A DNA stretch of 64,000 nucleotides from Clostridiales bacterium UBA7568 (GTDB lineage Bacteria; Bacillota; Clostridia; Oscillospirales; CAG-272), in assembly GCA_002479075.1 (NCBI GenBank), contig DLLG01000011.1:6331-70330 (forward strand), given 5' to 3'. The translations under genes and the position numbers were made by a program. How positions within the stretch are numbered: position 1 is the first letter of the stretch; each line of letters starts with the position of its first letter. Below the pieces are notes generated by a model. That model had not been told where the DNA came from and ran no database searches. It saw only the letters and a list, made by a program, of their open reading frames with translations. Positions 37,472 to 45,730 of this stretch are shown here, in pieces.

Positions 37472-38410
37472 ATGAAAGTTGGTAGTTTATTCTCAGGCAT
37501 AGGCGGGATTGACTTAGGGTTCGCTCAAGCCGGATTTCAAATTTGCTGGGCTAACGAAATTGATCCGGATGCTTGCAAAACCTATAGACTCAACTTTCCG
37601 TCAACTCGTTTGATTGAGGGAGACATAAAAGATATTGAGCCCCGCTCATTAGAACCAGTTGATGTGATAACCGCCGGATTTCCATGCCAATCGTTTTCCG
37701 TTTGTGGAAATCAAAAAGGTTTTAATGATAAACGAGGGAATTTATTCTTTGAAATAATGAGAATAATTGATGTGCTCAATCCAGTAATTGTTTTCTTAGA
37801 AAATGTCGCTAACCTTACGGAACATGACAACGGAAGAACTTTTAATGTTATTCATAACGAGTTAGTGTGCAGAGATTATTCTATCAGATACGTTATAGCC
37901 GATGCTTGCGATTATGGTATCCCTCAACATCGCACAAGAACATATATAGTTGCATTTAAATCGCAAGAAATGTGTGATAACTTTAAATTCCCTGACAAAT
38001 GCATACTTGAAAAGCGGATATTTGGTATTATCGATAAAACCGCAAAAGTTGAAGATTCTTATTATTTAAAAAAAGATTCTAATCAGTATCGAAAACTAAC
38101 TGAATTTATCAAGGATGATAAGCAAATATATCGTTTTTCGGATTATGGTATTCAGTCAAGTAAAGACGGAATATCTTTCACGTTAAAAGCGAATATGGGC
38201 ACTTGGAGAGAACGGGTTCCGTATATAAAAGACAATTATGGCATTAGGAAGATTACCCCTTACGAATGCTTAGCATTACAAGGGTTTTCTCAAGGATATC
38301 ATTTTCCCAAAATCCCGATATCAAGTGCATATAAACAATGCGGTAATAGCGTTGTTGTGCCAGTAGTTAAAGGAATAGCCGAGCAGATAGCGATAGTAAT
38401 TGCACCATAG
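37472..38410 (+). CDS. DNA (cytosine-5)-methyltransferase, copy 2
   Basis: Motif I SLFSGIGG, IV GFPCQSFS, VI ENVANL, VIII QHRTRTYIVAF, X QCGNSVVVPV. The target-recognition region differs from copy 1. Confidence 0.93.
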   Translation: MKVGSLFSGIGGIDLGFAQAGFQICWANEIDPDACKTYRLNFPSTRLIEGDIKDIEPRSLEPVDVITAGFPCQSFSVCGNQKGFNDKRGNLFFEIMRIIDVLNPVIVFLENVANLTEHDNGRTFNVIHNELVCRDYSIRYVIADACDYGIPQHRTRTYIVAFKSQEMCDNFKFPDKCILEKRIFGIIDKTAKVEDSYYLKKDSNQYRKLTEFIKDDKQIYRFSDYGIQSSKDGISFTLKANMGTWRERVPYIKDNYGIRKITPYECLALQGFSQGYHFPKIPISSAYKQCGNSVVVPVVKGIAEQIAIVIAP

Positions 38411-38433
38411 TATTAAATCAAAGGAGCATAAAA

Positions 38434-39837
38434 ATGGAGCGAGAAAATATTTCAATTGATCTATTATTACTTTCCGATGGAAATCCCAGATTAGATCCAT
38501 CGTTGGGAGAAGACGAAGCTATTTTTAATATGGTTAATGACCAAAACGATAAGTTGTTTGAGCTCGCCTCTGATATTGTAAAACACGGACTGAATCCATT
38601 AGATACAATAGGTGTTTATCCATCTGAAACATATCATGGTTTTTATGAAGTTGGCGAAGGTAACCGACGTATATGTGCATTAAAACTATTGATTTCCCCT
38701 GGGCGCATTCAACATATTAATGGCAGTTTGTATTCAAAATTCCTGTCATTATCAAAGACATACTCCGCACCTAACTTGATAGAAGTGGGAGTATTCAATG
38801 ATGAAATCTCTATGCGACATTGGATGGAAATTCGTCATATGGGTGAGCAAAGTGGTAAAGGATTATCAAAGTGGAATTCTGTACAAAAAGCTCGCTTTAA
38901 TCGAATGCAAACGGGTTCTGATGCACTGCTTGATTTTTGGGACTGGATGATTGCGAATAGTATCCTTTCTGAAGCAGAAATCTTAAGTGTCACAAAAACC
39001 AATTGGCAACGTATTCTTCGTGAAAAGTATTTTCCATTTTTAAAAATTCAATATGACGGAAATTATTCTGTTTTACCTAAAGACATAGATGTTTTCACAT
39101 ATCGAATCAGAGAAGTCCAAAAAAAGTTGGATGGGCAAACAGTGGCTATAGTGTATGACCAAATAAGGATTGAAGAATTTTTTAATTCTATTTCAAATGT
39201 GCTATACGGAAAGTCCTATCAAGAAGTAGTAAATGAAGAGTCGGAACAAATCGATATTCTTCCTCCTTTGCAAGAAACTAACATTAGTAACGAAACGGAA
39301 CAAGTTGGTGACATTTCCACATCTCAAGGCAGCTCTGTTAGTGGTTCAACTATTGAAGAAAACGATGATAGCACCCTTTCTCAAACAATATCAAATACTG
39401 TACAAACCATCGGAAGAGATGTTTTTAATGGTTGTGGCACAATTATTCCATATGGATATCCTATTCGCACTGACAATATGCGATTAAATAAAATCATCAA
39501 TGAACTTAAAAGAATAAATGCTGATGATTATCCAAATGCTTGTGGAACTCTTTTGAGAACACTTTTTGAACTTTCGGCAAAGGTATATTTAGAAAAGCAG
39601 GATGGACAAGATCATACTGAAACCGAATTTTCACCAGCTATTAAACAAGCAGCTAATCTATTACGTCAGCAACGATGTATCGATAACAGTCAACATTCGG
39701 CCATTAATAGCGATATCGACAATTTAAGAAAGATTTTTAATGGTTATATGCATAATACTGAATCTTACCCAAGCAGCGAAGCACTTAAAAATTTCTTTAA
39801 ATGCCACCGTGTGTTTATTCAAGAGTGTTTAAAGTAA
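38434..39837 (+). CDS. Uncharacterised protein: N-terminal ParB/Srx-fold domain, Ser/Thr-rich linker, C-terminal helical domain
   Basis: 467 aa. The ParB-type signatures are DGNPRL and YEVGEGNRRICALKLL. A low-complexity linker spans about aa 270-320. The C-terminal domain contains LRKIFNGYMH, a loose R-x7-H that is only HEPN-reminiscent. Confidence 0.6.
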   Translation: MERENISIDLLLLSDGNPRLDPSLGEDEAIFNMVNDQNDKLFELASDIVKHGLNPLDTIGVYPSETYHGFYEVGEGNRRICALKLLISPGRIQHINGSLYSKFLSLSKTYSAPNLIEVGVFNDEISMRHWMEIRHMGEQSGKGLSKWNSVQKARFNRMQTGSDALLDFWDWMIANSILSEAEILSVTKTNWQRILREKYFPFLKIQYDGNYSVLPKDIDVFTYRIREVQKKLDGQTVAIVYDQIRIEEFFNSISNVLYGKSYQEVVNEESEQIDILPPLQETNISNETEQVGDISTSQGSSVSGSTIEENDDSTLSQTISNTVQTIGRDVFNGCGTIIPYGYPIRTDNMRLNKIINELKRINADDYPNACGTLLRTLFELSAKVYLEKQDGQDHTETEFSPAIKQAANLLRQQRCIDNSQHSAINSDIDNLRKIFNGYMHNTESYPSSEALKNFFKCHRVFIQECLK

Positions 39838-39852
39838 CAGGAAGGTGATATT

Positions 39853-41502
39853 GTGATTAAGAATATAAATATTATTCAATATCGAAAACTCAAGGATTTG
39901 ACTTTAGGTTTTACTAAAAATATTAATGCAATTTCAGGCACTAATGGTACTTGCAAAACATCATTATTGCATCTGTTAGGTAATTCTTTGCAAGCTCCAA
40001 CGAAAACATGCAGTTGGATAACCGATGAGAAATGTTTGCCTATAATCAAAGCTGTAAATAATGTGACGAATCCAAAGGTTGAAAGTCTTACTCGTGGAGA
40101 TCAAACATATAATGATCCCGCTCACGGAGTAAAAGGTCCTTTATTTTCAGTTGATTATTATGGTGCAGAATCCTTAAACTTCAGACGTCATAATTCTACG
40201 CAAATGACTCGTTATGCCGTAAAACCAAAATATCAACCGGGAACAAAAGACACATTACCATATTGCCCTGTAATTTATTTAGGACTTTCAAGATTAGTGC
40301 CTTTTGGTGAGTTTCAGAATGATGATGCATTATCTAACATAAAGAAGAAACTGCCTCAATCATATCAAGATGAAATTGCCGAACTGTACAAAAAATTCAC
40401 CAATTATGAAATCTTATTTAATGCCACTAAACAGATGGGCGACATAAAGGTAAGAAGTGAATTTTCAAGCAATGTAGAAGGTATCGACTCTAATACAATA
40501 TCTGCTGGTGAGGACAACTTGAGCATTATACTCACAGCACTTATTTCACTAAAATACTATTATGAATCTATATCTTCTGCTAATGACGTAGAGAGTGTTC
40601 TCTTGATTGACGAAATGGATGCAACATTACATCCCGCCTTCCAAATTAAACTTTTGAATTTATTCCGTGAAATGTCTGAAGCATATAAGATGCAGGTGGT
40701 ATTCACAACACATAGTATGTCTCTTTTGGAAGAGATGCTTGCAAAAAAGGACAATGTACTATATTTAATTGATAATGTAACTTCAGTTTTCCAAATGGAA
40801 GATCCTGATATCTACAAAATCAAAATGCATTTACAATCCTTAACGCAAGAAGACATCTATGAAGATAAAGTAATACCTTTATTTACCGAAGATGATGAGG
40901 CACGCTGCTTGCTTGAATTACTTTTTGATTACTATCAGAAAACATATTCTGAGTTCCGAAATGTTAGCGGGCTGTTCCACAAGGTTCTCACTAACATTAG
41001 TGCAGAAAACTTAACAGGAATATTCACAGACAGTAAACTTTTACATACTACAATGCGGTCTATTTGTGTTTTGGATGGCGACCACAAGTCTGATATAACA
41101 AACTTCATTGTGGCTCTTCCCGGAAAGGCCGCTCCCGAAGCGGTATTGTTAAATTATATTGAGAAGCTTTATGATGATGACGATCCTTTTTGGAGAGATA
41201 GAACCATAGTTGACAAAGGTTATACAAAAAACTACTATATTACTAATATAAAAAATATAGTTGATAATTTTGAAGCAGATCTTGTTAGATTGCACGAAAA
41301 CGGCGAGTCTGCCAAAGGAAAACGCCGAGCGTTCAATAAAAAACTTTTTAATGATAACCAAAACTTTTTCAAGTTAGTATTCAAACATTGGATTCATAAT
41401 CCCATAAACAAATCCGAAGTTGAGCGCTTCTATAACGAACTTCATATCTTATTCCTGAAAGTAGCGCCTTATCACGAAATTAATCCAAAGGAATGGGCAT
41501 AA
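39853..41502 (+). CDS. OLD-family-like protein: ABC-type ATPase fused to a Toprim-like C-terminus
   Basis: 549 aa with a GTG start after AGGAAGGTG. Walker A ISGTNGTCKTSLL, signature-like ISAGEDNLS, Walker B VLLIDEMDATLHP and H-loop FTTHS are present. C-terminal LFTEDDEA and CVLDGDHKSD resemble the Toprim E and DxD motifs. Confidence 0.6.
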   Translation: MIKNINIIQYRKLKDLTLGFTKNINAISGTNGTCKTSLLHLLGNSLQAPTKTCSWITDEKCLPIIKAVNNVTNPKVESLTRGDQTYNDPAHGVKGPLFSVDYYGAESLNFRRHNSTQMTRYAVKPKYQPGTKDTLPYCPVIYLGLSRLVPFGEFQNDDALSNIKKKLPQSYQDEIAELYKKFTNYEILFNATKQMGDIKVRSEFSSNVEGIDSNTISAGEDNLSIILTALISLKYYYESISSANDVESVLLIDEMDATLHPAFQIKLLNLFREMSEAYKMQVVFTTHSMSLLEEMLAKKDNVLYLIDNVTSVFQMEDPDIYKIKMHLQSLTQEDIYEDKVIPLFTEDDEARCLLELLFDYYQKTYSEFRNVSGLFHKVLTNISAENLTGIFTDSKLLHTTMRSICVLDGDHKSDITNFIVALPGKAAPEAVLLNYIEKLYDDDDPFWRDRTIVDKGYTKNYYITNIKNIVDNFEADLVRLHENGESAKGKRRAFNKKLFNDNQNFFKLVFKHWIHNPINKSEVERFYNELHILFLKVAPYHEINPKEWA

Positions 41503-41505
41503 CAC

Positions 41506-42384
41506 ATGAAAGGAGGAAATAATTTGCCACTAACACCATCACCGCTTAGATATCCTGGCGGGAAAACTAAACTGTATAATTATGTTAAATCAATTATAGA
41601 AGCTAATAATTTGATTGGAGAGACATATATCGAGCCTTTTGCCGGTGGATCGGGGTTGGCTTTAAAACTATTATTGAATAACGATGTGAAGAGAATTGTA
41701 ATCAATGATTTGGATCCAGCGATATATGCGTTTTGGTATTGTGTGCTTAATCATCCTGATGAAATGTGCGATTTTGTTACTACAGTTTCGTTGACGGTTG
41801 AAGAATGGGATAATCAACACAGTATCTACGTCAATCAGCAAAATCACACTCAATTAGAATTAGCTAAAGCAACATTGTTTTTGAACAGAACCAATGTGTC
41901 TGGTGTTATTACTGGCGGTGTGATTGGAAAGCGAGATCAAACCGGTAAGTACAAAATAGACGCTCGTTTTAACAGAGAAGAACTTGCAAGGAAAATACGA
42001 ACAATATCTGCATTATCAAATAAAATTGATTTGTATAATTTAGATGCTGTGACTTTTTTGCAAAATGAACTGCACCATTATTACAAAGCCTTTATCAACT
42101 TTGATCCTCCATATGTGGTCAAGGGTGGTCAATTATATAAGAACTCCTTTACAGAGGAGGATCACCGATCGCTTAGAAACCAAATTGCCAAGTGCAAAAG
42201 AAAATGGATAGTCACGTATGATATGTGTGATCTAGTTGCGAAACTTTATTCTGGCTTTAGAAGAAGTACTGTAGATATTTACTATAGTGCAAATGGAGCA
42301 AAAAAAGCTAAGGAATATATCTTCTTTAGTAATAATTTAATATTGCCCGAAGACACAACTTTTATAAAAGACAATGAGAATTGA
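41506..42384 (+). CDS. Dam-like N6-adenine DNA methyltransferase (D12 class)
   Basis: LRYPGGKTKL, EPFAGGSGLAL, NDLDP and the catalytic NFDPPY. TTG at 41524, after AAAGGAGG, may be the true start. The gap to the upstream gene is only 4 nt. Confidence 0.85.
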   Translation: MKGGNNLPLTPSPLRYPGGKTKLYNYVKSIIEANNLIGETYIEPFAGGSGLALKLLLNNDVKRIVINDLDPAIYAFWYCVLNHPDEMCDFVTTVSLTVEEWDNQHSIYVNQQNHTQLELAKATLFLNRTNVSGVITGGVIGKRDQTGKYKIDARFNREELARKIRTISALSNKIDLYNLDAVTFLQNELHHYYKAFINFDPPYVVKGGQLYKNSFTEEDHRSLRNQIAKCKRKWIVTYDMCDLVAKLYSGFRRSTVDIYYSANGAKKAKEYIFFSNNLILPEDTTFIKDNEN

Positions 42385-42401
42385 CGATTCCACAGACAAA
42401 T

Positions 42402-42432
42402 ACAGGCACGAGAGAATGACTCCCGTGCCTGT
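42402..42432. terminator. Hairpin terminator between the convergent dam-like and tnpV-side genes
   Basis: acaggcacg (42402-42410) pairs with cgtgcctgt (42424-42432). Confidence 0.5.
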
Positions 42433-42434
42433 TA

Positions 42435-42581
42435 TCATTTTATGTATTTGATTATAAGTTCATCGACGCCGTCGGTGTATTTGCCTTGGGAAATTAGCTT
42501 ATTGCGGTATTCAAGCAAGCATTGAAGGATGAAATGGTGTTCTACGTCGGTTAGGCGAAGGTAATATTTCCGTTTTCTCAT
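42435..42581 (-). CDS. Small protein (48 aa) translationally coupled to tnpV
   Basis: Below the track size cutoff, found manually: MRKRKYYLRLTDVEHHFILQCLLEYRNKLISQGKYTDGVDELIIKYIK. It has an ATGA overlap with the tnpV stop. Confidence 0.5.
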   Translation of the reverse strand: MRKRKYYLRLTDVEHHFILQCLLEYRNKLISQGKYTDGVDELIIKYIK

Positions 42582-42949
42582 ACGTACACCACATCGGAAT
42601 AGACAGTTTCAATCACACGCTCTCGGACGTTATTCATTTTCTGCACCCACTTCATTTGGTCGGTGGCTTTGAGGTGTTCGGTAATGTCTTCCTTTTCGGC
42701 GTGTTCTTTTACGAGCCGAGAAAAGAGGCTCTGCGCTTGTTCTTCGATATCTGCAAGGTGGGAATGGAGCTTGCCGGAAGTGAGCAGATTATAATACAAA
42801 ATTTTGCGGTGGTGCTTTATGTAGTTTAGTCTGCGCTGCCCCCATACGCCGATGGGGCGTTCTTCTTCAGTGGGTGGAAGCAGATTCGGCAAGCGGTAAT
42901 CGCCTTGCATAGTGTAAGTTCCGCCTTGTTGTTCAAAGATTGATTTCAT
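42578..42949 (-). CDS. tnpV: TnpV-like transposon-associated protein
   Basis: 123 aa. MKSIFEQQGGTYTMQGDYRLPNLLPP...IGVWGQRRLNYIKHHRKILYYNLLTSGKLHSHLADIEEQA matches my recollection of the Tn4451 TnpV family. Confidence 0.65.
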   Translation of the reverse strand: MKSIFEQQGGTYTMQGDYRLPNLLPPTEEERPIGVWGQRRLNYIKHHRKILYYNLLTSGKLHSHLADIEEQAQSLFSRLVKEHAEKEDITEHLKATDQMKWVQKMNNVRERVIETVYSDVVYV

Positions 42950-42962
42950 ATGTAATCCTCCT

Positions 42963-43265
42963 TTACGATTCCTTCAGCAAATCCTCAAACGGTGTTTCGG
43001 TGGAGATGAACGCATCGTAGGCAAAGTTCGCCCCTAAACGGAATCCCATAATGAAACTATCAAGATTGGATTCGCCGTTTACAACACCCCAGGCGTTCAC
43101 ATAGTCGAGGAACCATTTCTTCTGTTCATTGTGCAGAGCGTTGGTTAGCAAATCTTCGTTCTTCATAAGAATTTCCATTTGCTTCTTCACTGCTTTGTTC
43201 TGTTTGGTACTGCGTGCCTGCGGATCGATGTTGCCGTAATAAAACTCTTCAATAAATCGTGCCAT
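42963..43265 (-). CDS. Hypothetical protein (100 aa) of clostridial mobile-element type
   Basis: ATG at 43265 follows AAGGGGGG and gives MARFIEEFYYGNIDPQARSTKQNK... The upstream part of the track ORF looks spurious. Confidence 0.5.
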   Translation of the reverse strand: MARFIEEFYYGNIDPQARSTKQNKAVKKQMEILMKNEDLLTNALHNEQKKWFLDYVNAWGVVNGESNLDSFIMGFRLGANFAYDAFISTETPFEDLLKES

Positions 43266-43382
43266 TGTTTGCACCCCCCTTACGGCTATAGTGTAGCAAA
43301 AAACTTTTTGGAGTGCGATTGTGCAAATTTTGAAATCGCACATAGAAAAAGCACCCGCCCGAAGGCAGGTGCTCAAAAGCTG

Positions 43383-43964
43383 TTATTTACTCCGTTCTTT
43401 CTGCATAAGGTGGTGGAACTCATTTATCGTCTGAATATGCCAAGAAGTTTTACGGATGATACTGCGAAAATATGGGGAGCAGAAAAACTCGATTAGGAAT
43501 ACTTTGGGAATGTAATAGGTGTTGTGCTTTATAAAGTGCTTAAGCCGTCCCTTGCCGCACCAGTTGGTAACGGTGGACTTTGCATATCCGGTTAGCTTAA
43601 CGACCTCCTGAGAGGTAATAACGTCCTTATAGTCGGATAAAAGATCGGCATAATATTCGTGGAGCAATTTCAACGCTTCTTCTGACATCTCAACAGGAAG
43701 TGTTATTTTATGATTTCCCTTATACCATCCTTTAGGAGCAGAATAGTATTCGGGAAACTTGCCCTTTCTTTCTAAGTATTTCTGTACGTCTGCTTTCTTG
43801 ATTTTATAGCATCGGGTTTTCTTGCCCGAATACTCACATGGGACTGCTCCGCTTTTAAGCAGATACAGAGCAGTGGACTTGCTGATGTGGCAAATACGAT
43901 AGAATTGCTCTTTCGTAATGACTTCGGGAACCTCGTTCCAATTGATCGGTCTGTGATATTTCAT
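43383..43964 (-). CDS. Helix-turn-helix (excisionase-type, duplicated) DNA-binding protein
   Basis: 193 aa with two HTH-like segments: ITKEQFYRICHISKSTALYLLKSGAVPC and ITSQEVVKLTGYAKSTVTNWCGKGRLKH. Confidence 0.6.
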   Translation of the reverse strand: MKYHRPINWNEVPEVITKEQFYRICHISKSTALYLLKSGAVPCEYSGKKTRCYKIKKADVQKYLERKGKFPEYYSAPKGWYKGNHKITLPVEMSEEALKLLHEYYADLLSDYKDVITSQEVVKLTGYAKSTVTNWCGKGRLKHFIKHNTYYIPKVFLIEFFCSPYFRSIIRKTSWHIQTINEFHHLMQKERSK

Positions 43965-44236
43965 AGCAATACGCCTTTCAAACTAATTTGTCGGATTGAA
44001 GTTCGTCCTGTGTGTATTGCCATTGGGTTTTATTTTGTGTCTGTTCTCTCCTGAGTTCTCTCCAAAACGCTCTCAGTTCTCTCCTAAATGCGATTTTTAA
44101 TTCGATTCGAACTTCCTCAGCGAAATGGAGTTTTAGAAGAGCGACACCCGAAAAAGCCTTATTTAATGCGTGTTTCGGCGAATATCAAACTGCCTGAAAA
44201 AACCTGCAAAAATCAGCGAGTGTCCAAAGGATTAAA

Positions 44237-44294
44237 GACTCGAAATCAGTTTGCGCAAAAGCGCACAAGGGTTCGAATCCCTTCCTCTCAGCCA
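44237..44294 (+). pseudogene. 3' half of the split tRNA-Ser(CGA) gene (attR side)
   Basis: GACTCGAAAT-CAGT-TTGCGCAAAAGCGCAC-AAGGGTTCGAATCCCTT-CCTCTCA-G-CCA. Its anticodon-stem and acceptor 3' strands pair with the 5' half at 27021-27061, apart from a G1:A72 mismatch. Confidence 0.8.
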
Positions 44295-44462
44295 GAAGCA
44301 AAACAATCTGAACATTATCATCAATGGTGATACGTTCGGATTTTTGATTTTTATGAGTTATTTTATATTTTAGAAATTACTGTGGTTCTTATAATACCAA
44401 TTCATATTGTTATATGCACTCCAATAATTTTTATGTAACATCTTGTCGAAATATGAAAATTA

Positions 44463-44471
44463 TGATATAAT
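44463..44471 (+). promoter_or_regulatory. Extended -10 element (TGATATAAT)
   Basis: A perfect TGnTATAAT lies 32 nt upstream of the TTG at 44503. No good -35 was seen. Confidence 0.35.
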
Positions 44472-44502
44472 ATTTTTGCATAAAGTGGTTGGGAGTGGTT
44501 TT

Positions 44503-45729
44503 TTGCGAAAGATTTTTCTTTTTTTGATTATAACAGTTAGTATTATTAGTCTTTTTTCAATATCAGCATATGCTGATAATACTGTTGCTATAGGCGATGT
44601 TAACTCCAATAGCAGCGGCGAATTGGTTGCCCAAGTTGAATCTTCTCAAGATTTGTCATCAATTTGTGCTGACCTTGTAAAATCAACGCAGTCTTGGGTT
44701 TCTTTAATAATGATAATTTTTTTGGCACTATATGTGCTTCTATTTAAGAAGGATATGCCTAAAATTTGGAAATTAATCGTCCCTGCCGTTTTGATAATAG
44801 TTACTTTTGGGGTTAGGCTATCATTGTATTTTAAGTGTTCGGATTTTTTACTCACTTTGATTGTGACGGGGATACAAATTATTTATTTCTTGATATTAAT
44901 CAGATTTTGGAAAAAGACTCAAACGATTACGCACGAAACAGCCATTCCCAAAAACGCTCTTGAAAAAAAGGCCTGTACAGTAATTCAAAAGCTTCTTAAT
45001 AAGAGCCATTATGCGATAGAATGTATACAATTATACACGATTCAAGCCAATACCGACCAAACGATCACTTCATTCCAAATAGATTTTCTTGGCGGAAGTT
45101 CCAAACAAGGAGTAAATATTAACGCTTTATTCTCAACTTCGTTGAAAATACCTACAGAGCATATTACTTCAATGGAAACTATCCAAACACTATATACTCA
45201 ATTTATTGCAGAAGGAAATGTTACCGAAAGTCAAGAAAATGCCGTTTCGGTATTGATTTTAAATGAAATCAAAAAATTAAAACAAACATTAAATGGAATT
45301 AAATCGACAAATGAGATTTCAGAAAACGAATGTTATTTAGCAAGAATTTTGCTTGTTTATTTATCGTTATACGCAACAATTAATGAGCATGATACATATA
45401 TTGGATTAGGCAGAGAATGTCTTGATTTGAAAAATCCTGATTTAGAACCATTGCTATTTACATATGAAAGAACTGGCATACTTGGAGCGATACTTTTGAA
45501 CCAAATACCTTATGTTTTTTCATATAGACGTGGTGGCGGAAAAACAGGGCGTTTTTACTACACATTTTCTTGCGGTTCCAAGAAAAAATATATAGTGTTG
45601 GTATCCATGAAAAATAAAAACAAATCATATTACATTGATAATTTTATGGCTAACAATATTAAAACTATACGACAACAGTTGATTAAGATTTTGAATCCTA
45701 ACAATGCATCTGAAAAGGTTGGTGATTAG
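44503..45729 (+). CDS. Hypothetical multi-pass membrane protein with a ~250-aa soluble C-terminal domain
   Basis: Frame of ORF 44443..45729. TTG at 44503 follows GGGAGTGG and gives (M)RKIFLFLIITVSIISLFSISAYA (signal-like). Three or four TM helices follow, then an unrecognised domain. The gene is very AT-rich. Confidence 0.55.
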   Translation: MRKIFLFLIITVSIISLFSISAYADNTVAIGDVNSNSSGELVAQVESSQDLSSICADLVKSTQSWVSLIMIIFLALYVLLFKKDMPKIWKLIVPAVLIIVTFGVRLSLYFKCSDFLLTLIVTGIQIIYFLILIRFWKKTQTITHETAIPKNALEKKACTVIQKLLNKSHYAIECIQLYTIQANTDQTITSFQIDFLGGSSKQGVNINALFSTSLKIPTEHITSMETIQTLYTQFIAEGNVTESQENAVSVLILNEIKKLKQTLNGIKSTNEISENECYLARILLVYLSLYATINEHDTYIGLGRECLDLKNPDLEPLLFTYERTGILGAILLNQIPYVFSYRRGGGKTGRFYYTFSCGSKKKYIVLVSMKNKNKSYYIDNFMANNIKTIRQQLIKILNPNNASEKVGD

Positions 45730-45730
45730 T

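Larger units (their letters stand above)
27052..44246. mobile_element. About 17.2-kb integrative (possibly mobilisable) element inserted in tRNA-Ser(CGA), flanked by the 10-bp direct repeat GACTCGAAAT
   Basis: GACTCGAAAT occurs at 27052-27061 and 44237-44246. A tyrosine integrase lies at the left end. The interior is AT-rich relative to the flanks. The two tRNA halves outside the repeats are mutually complementary. Confidence 0.8.
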
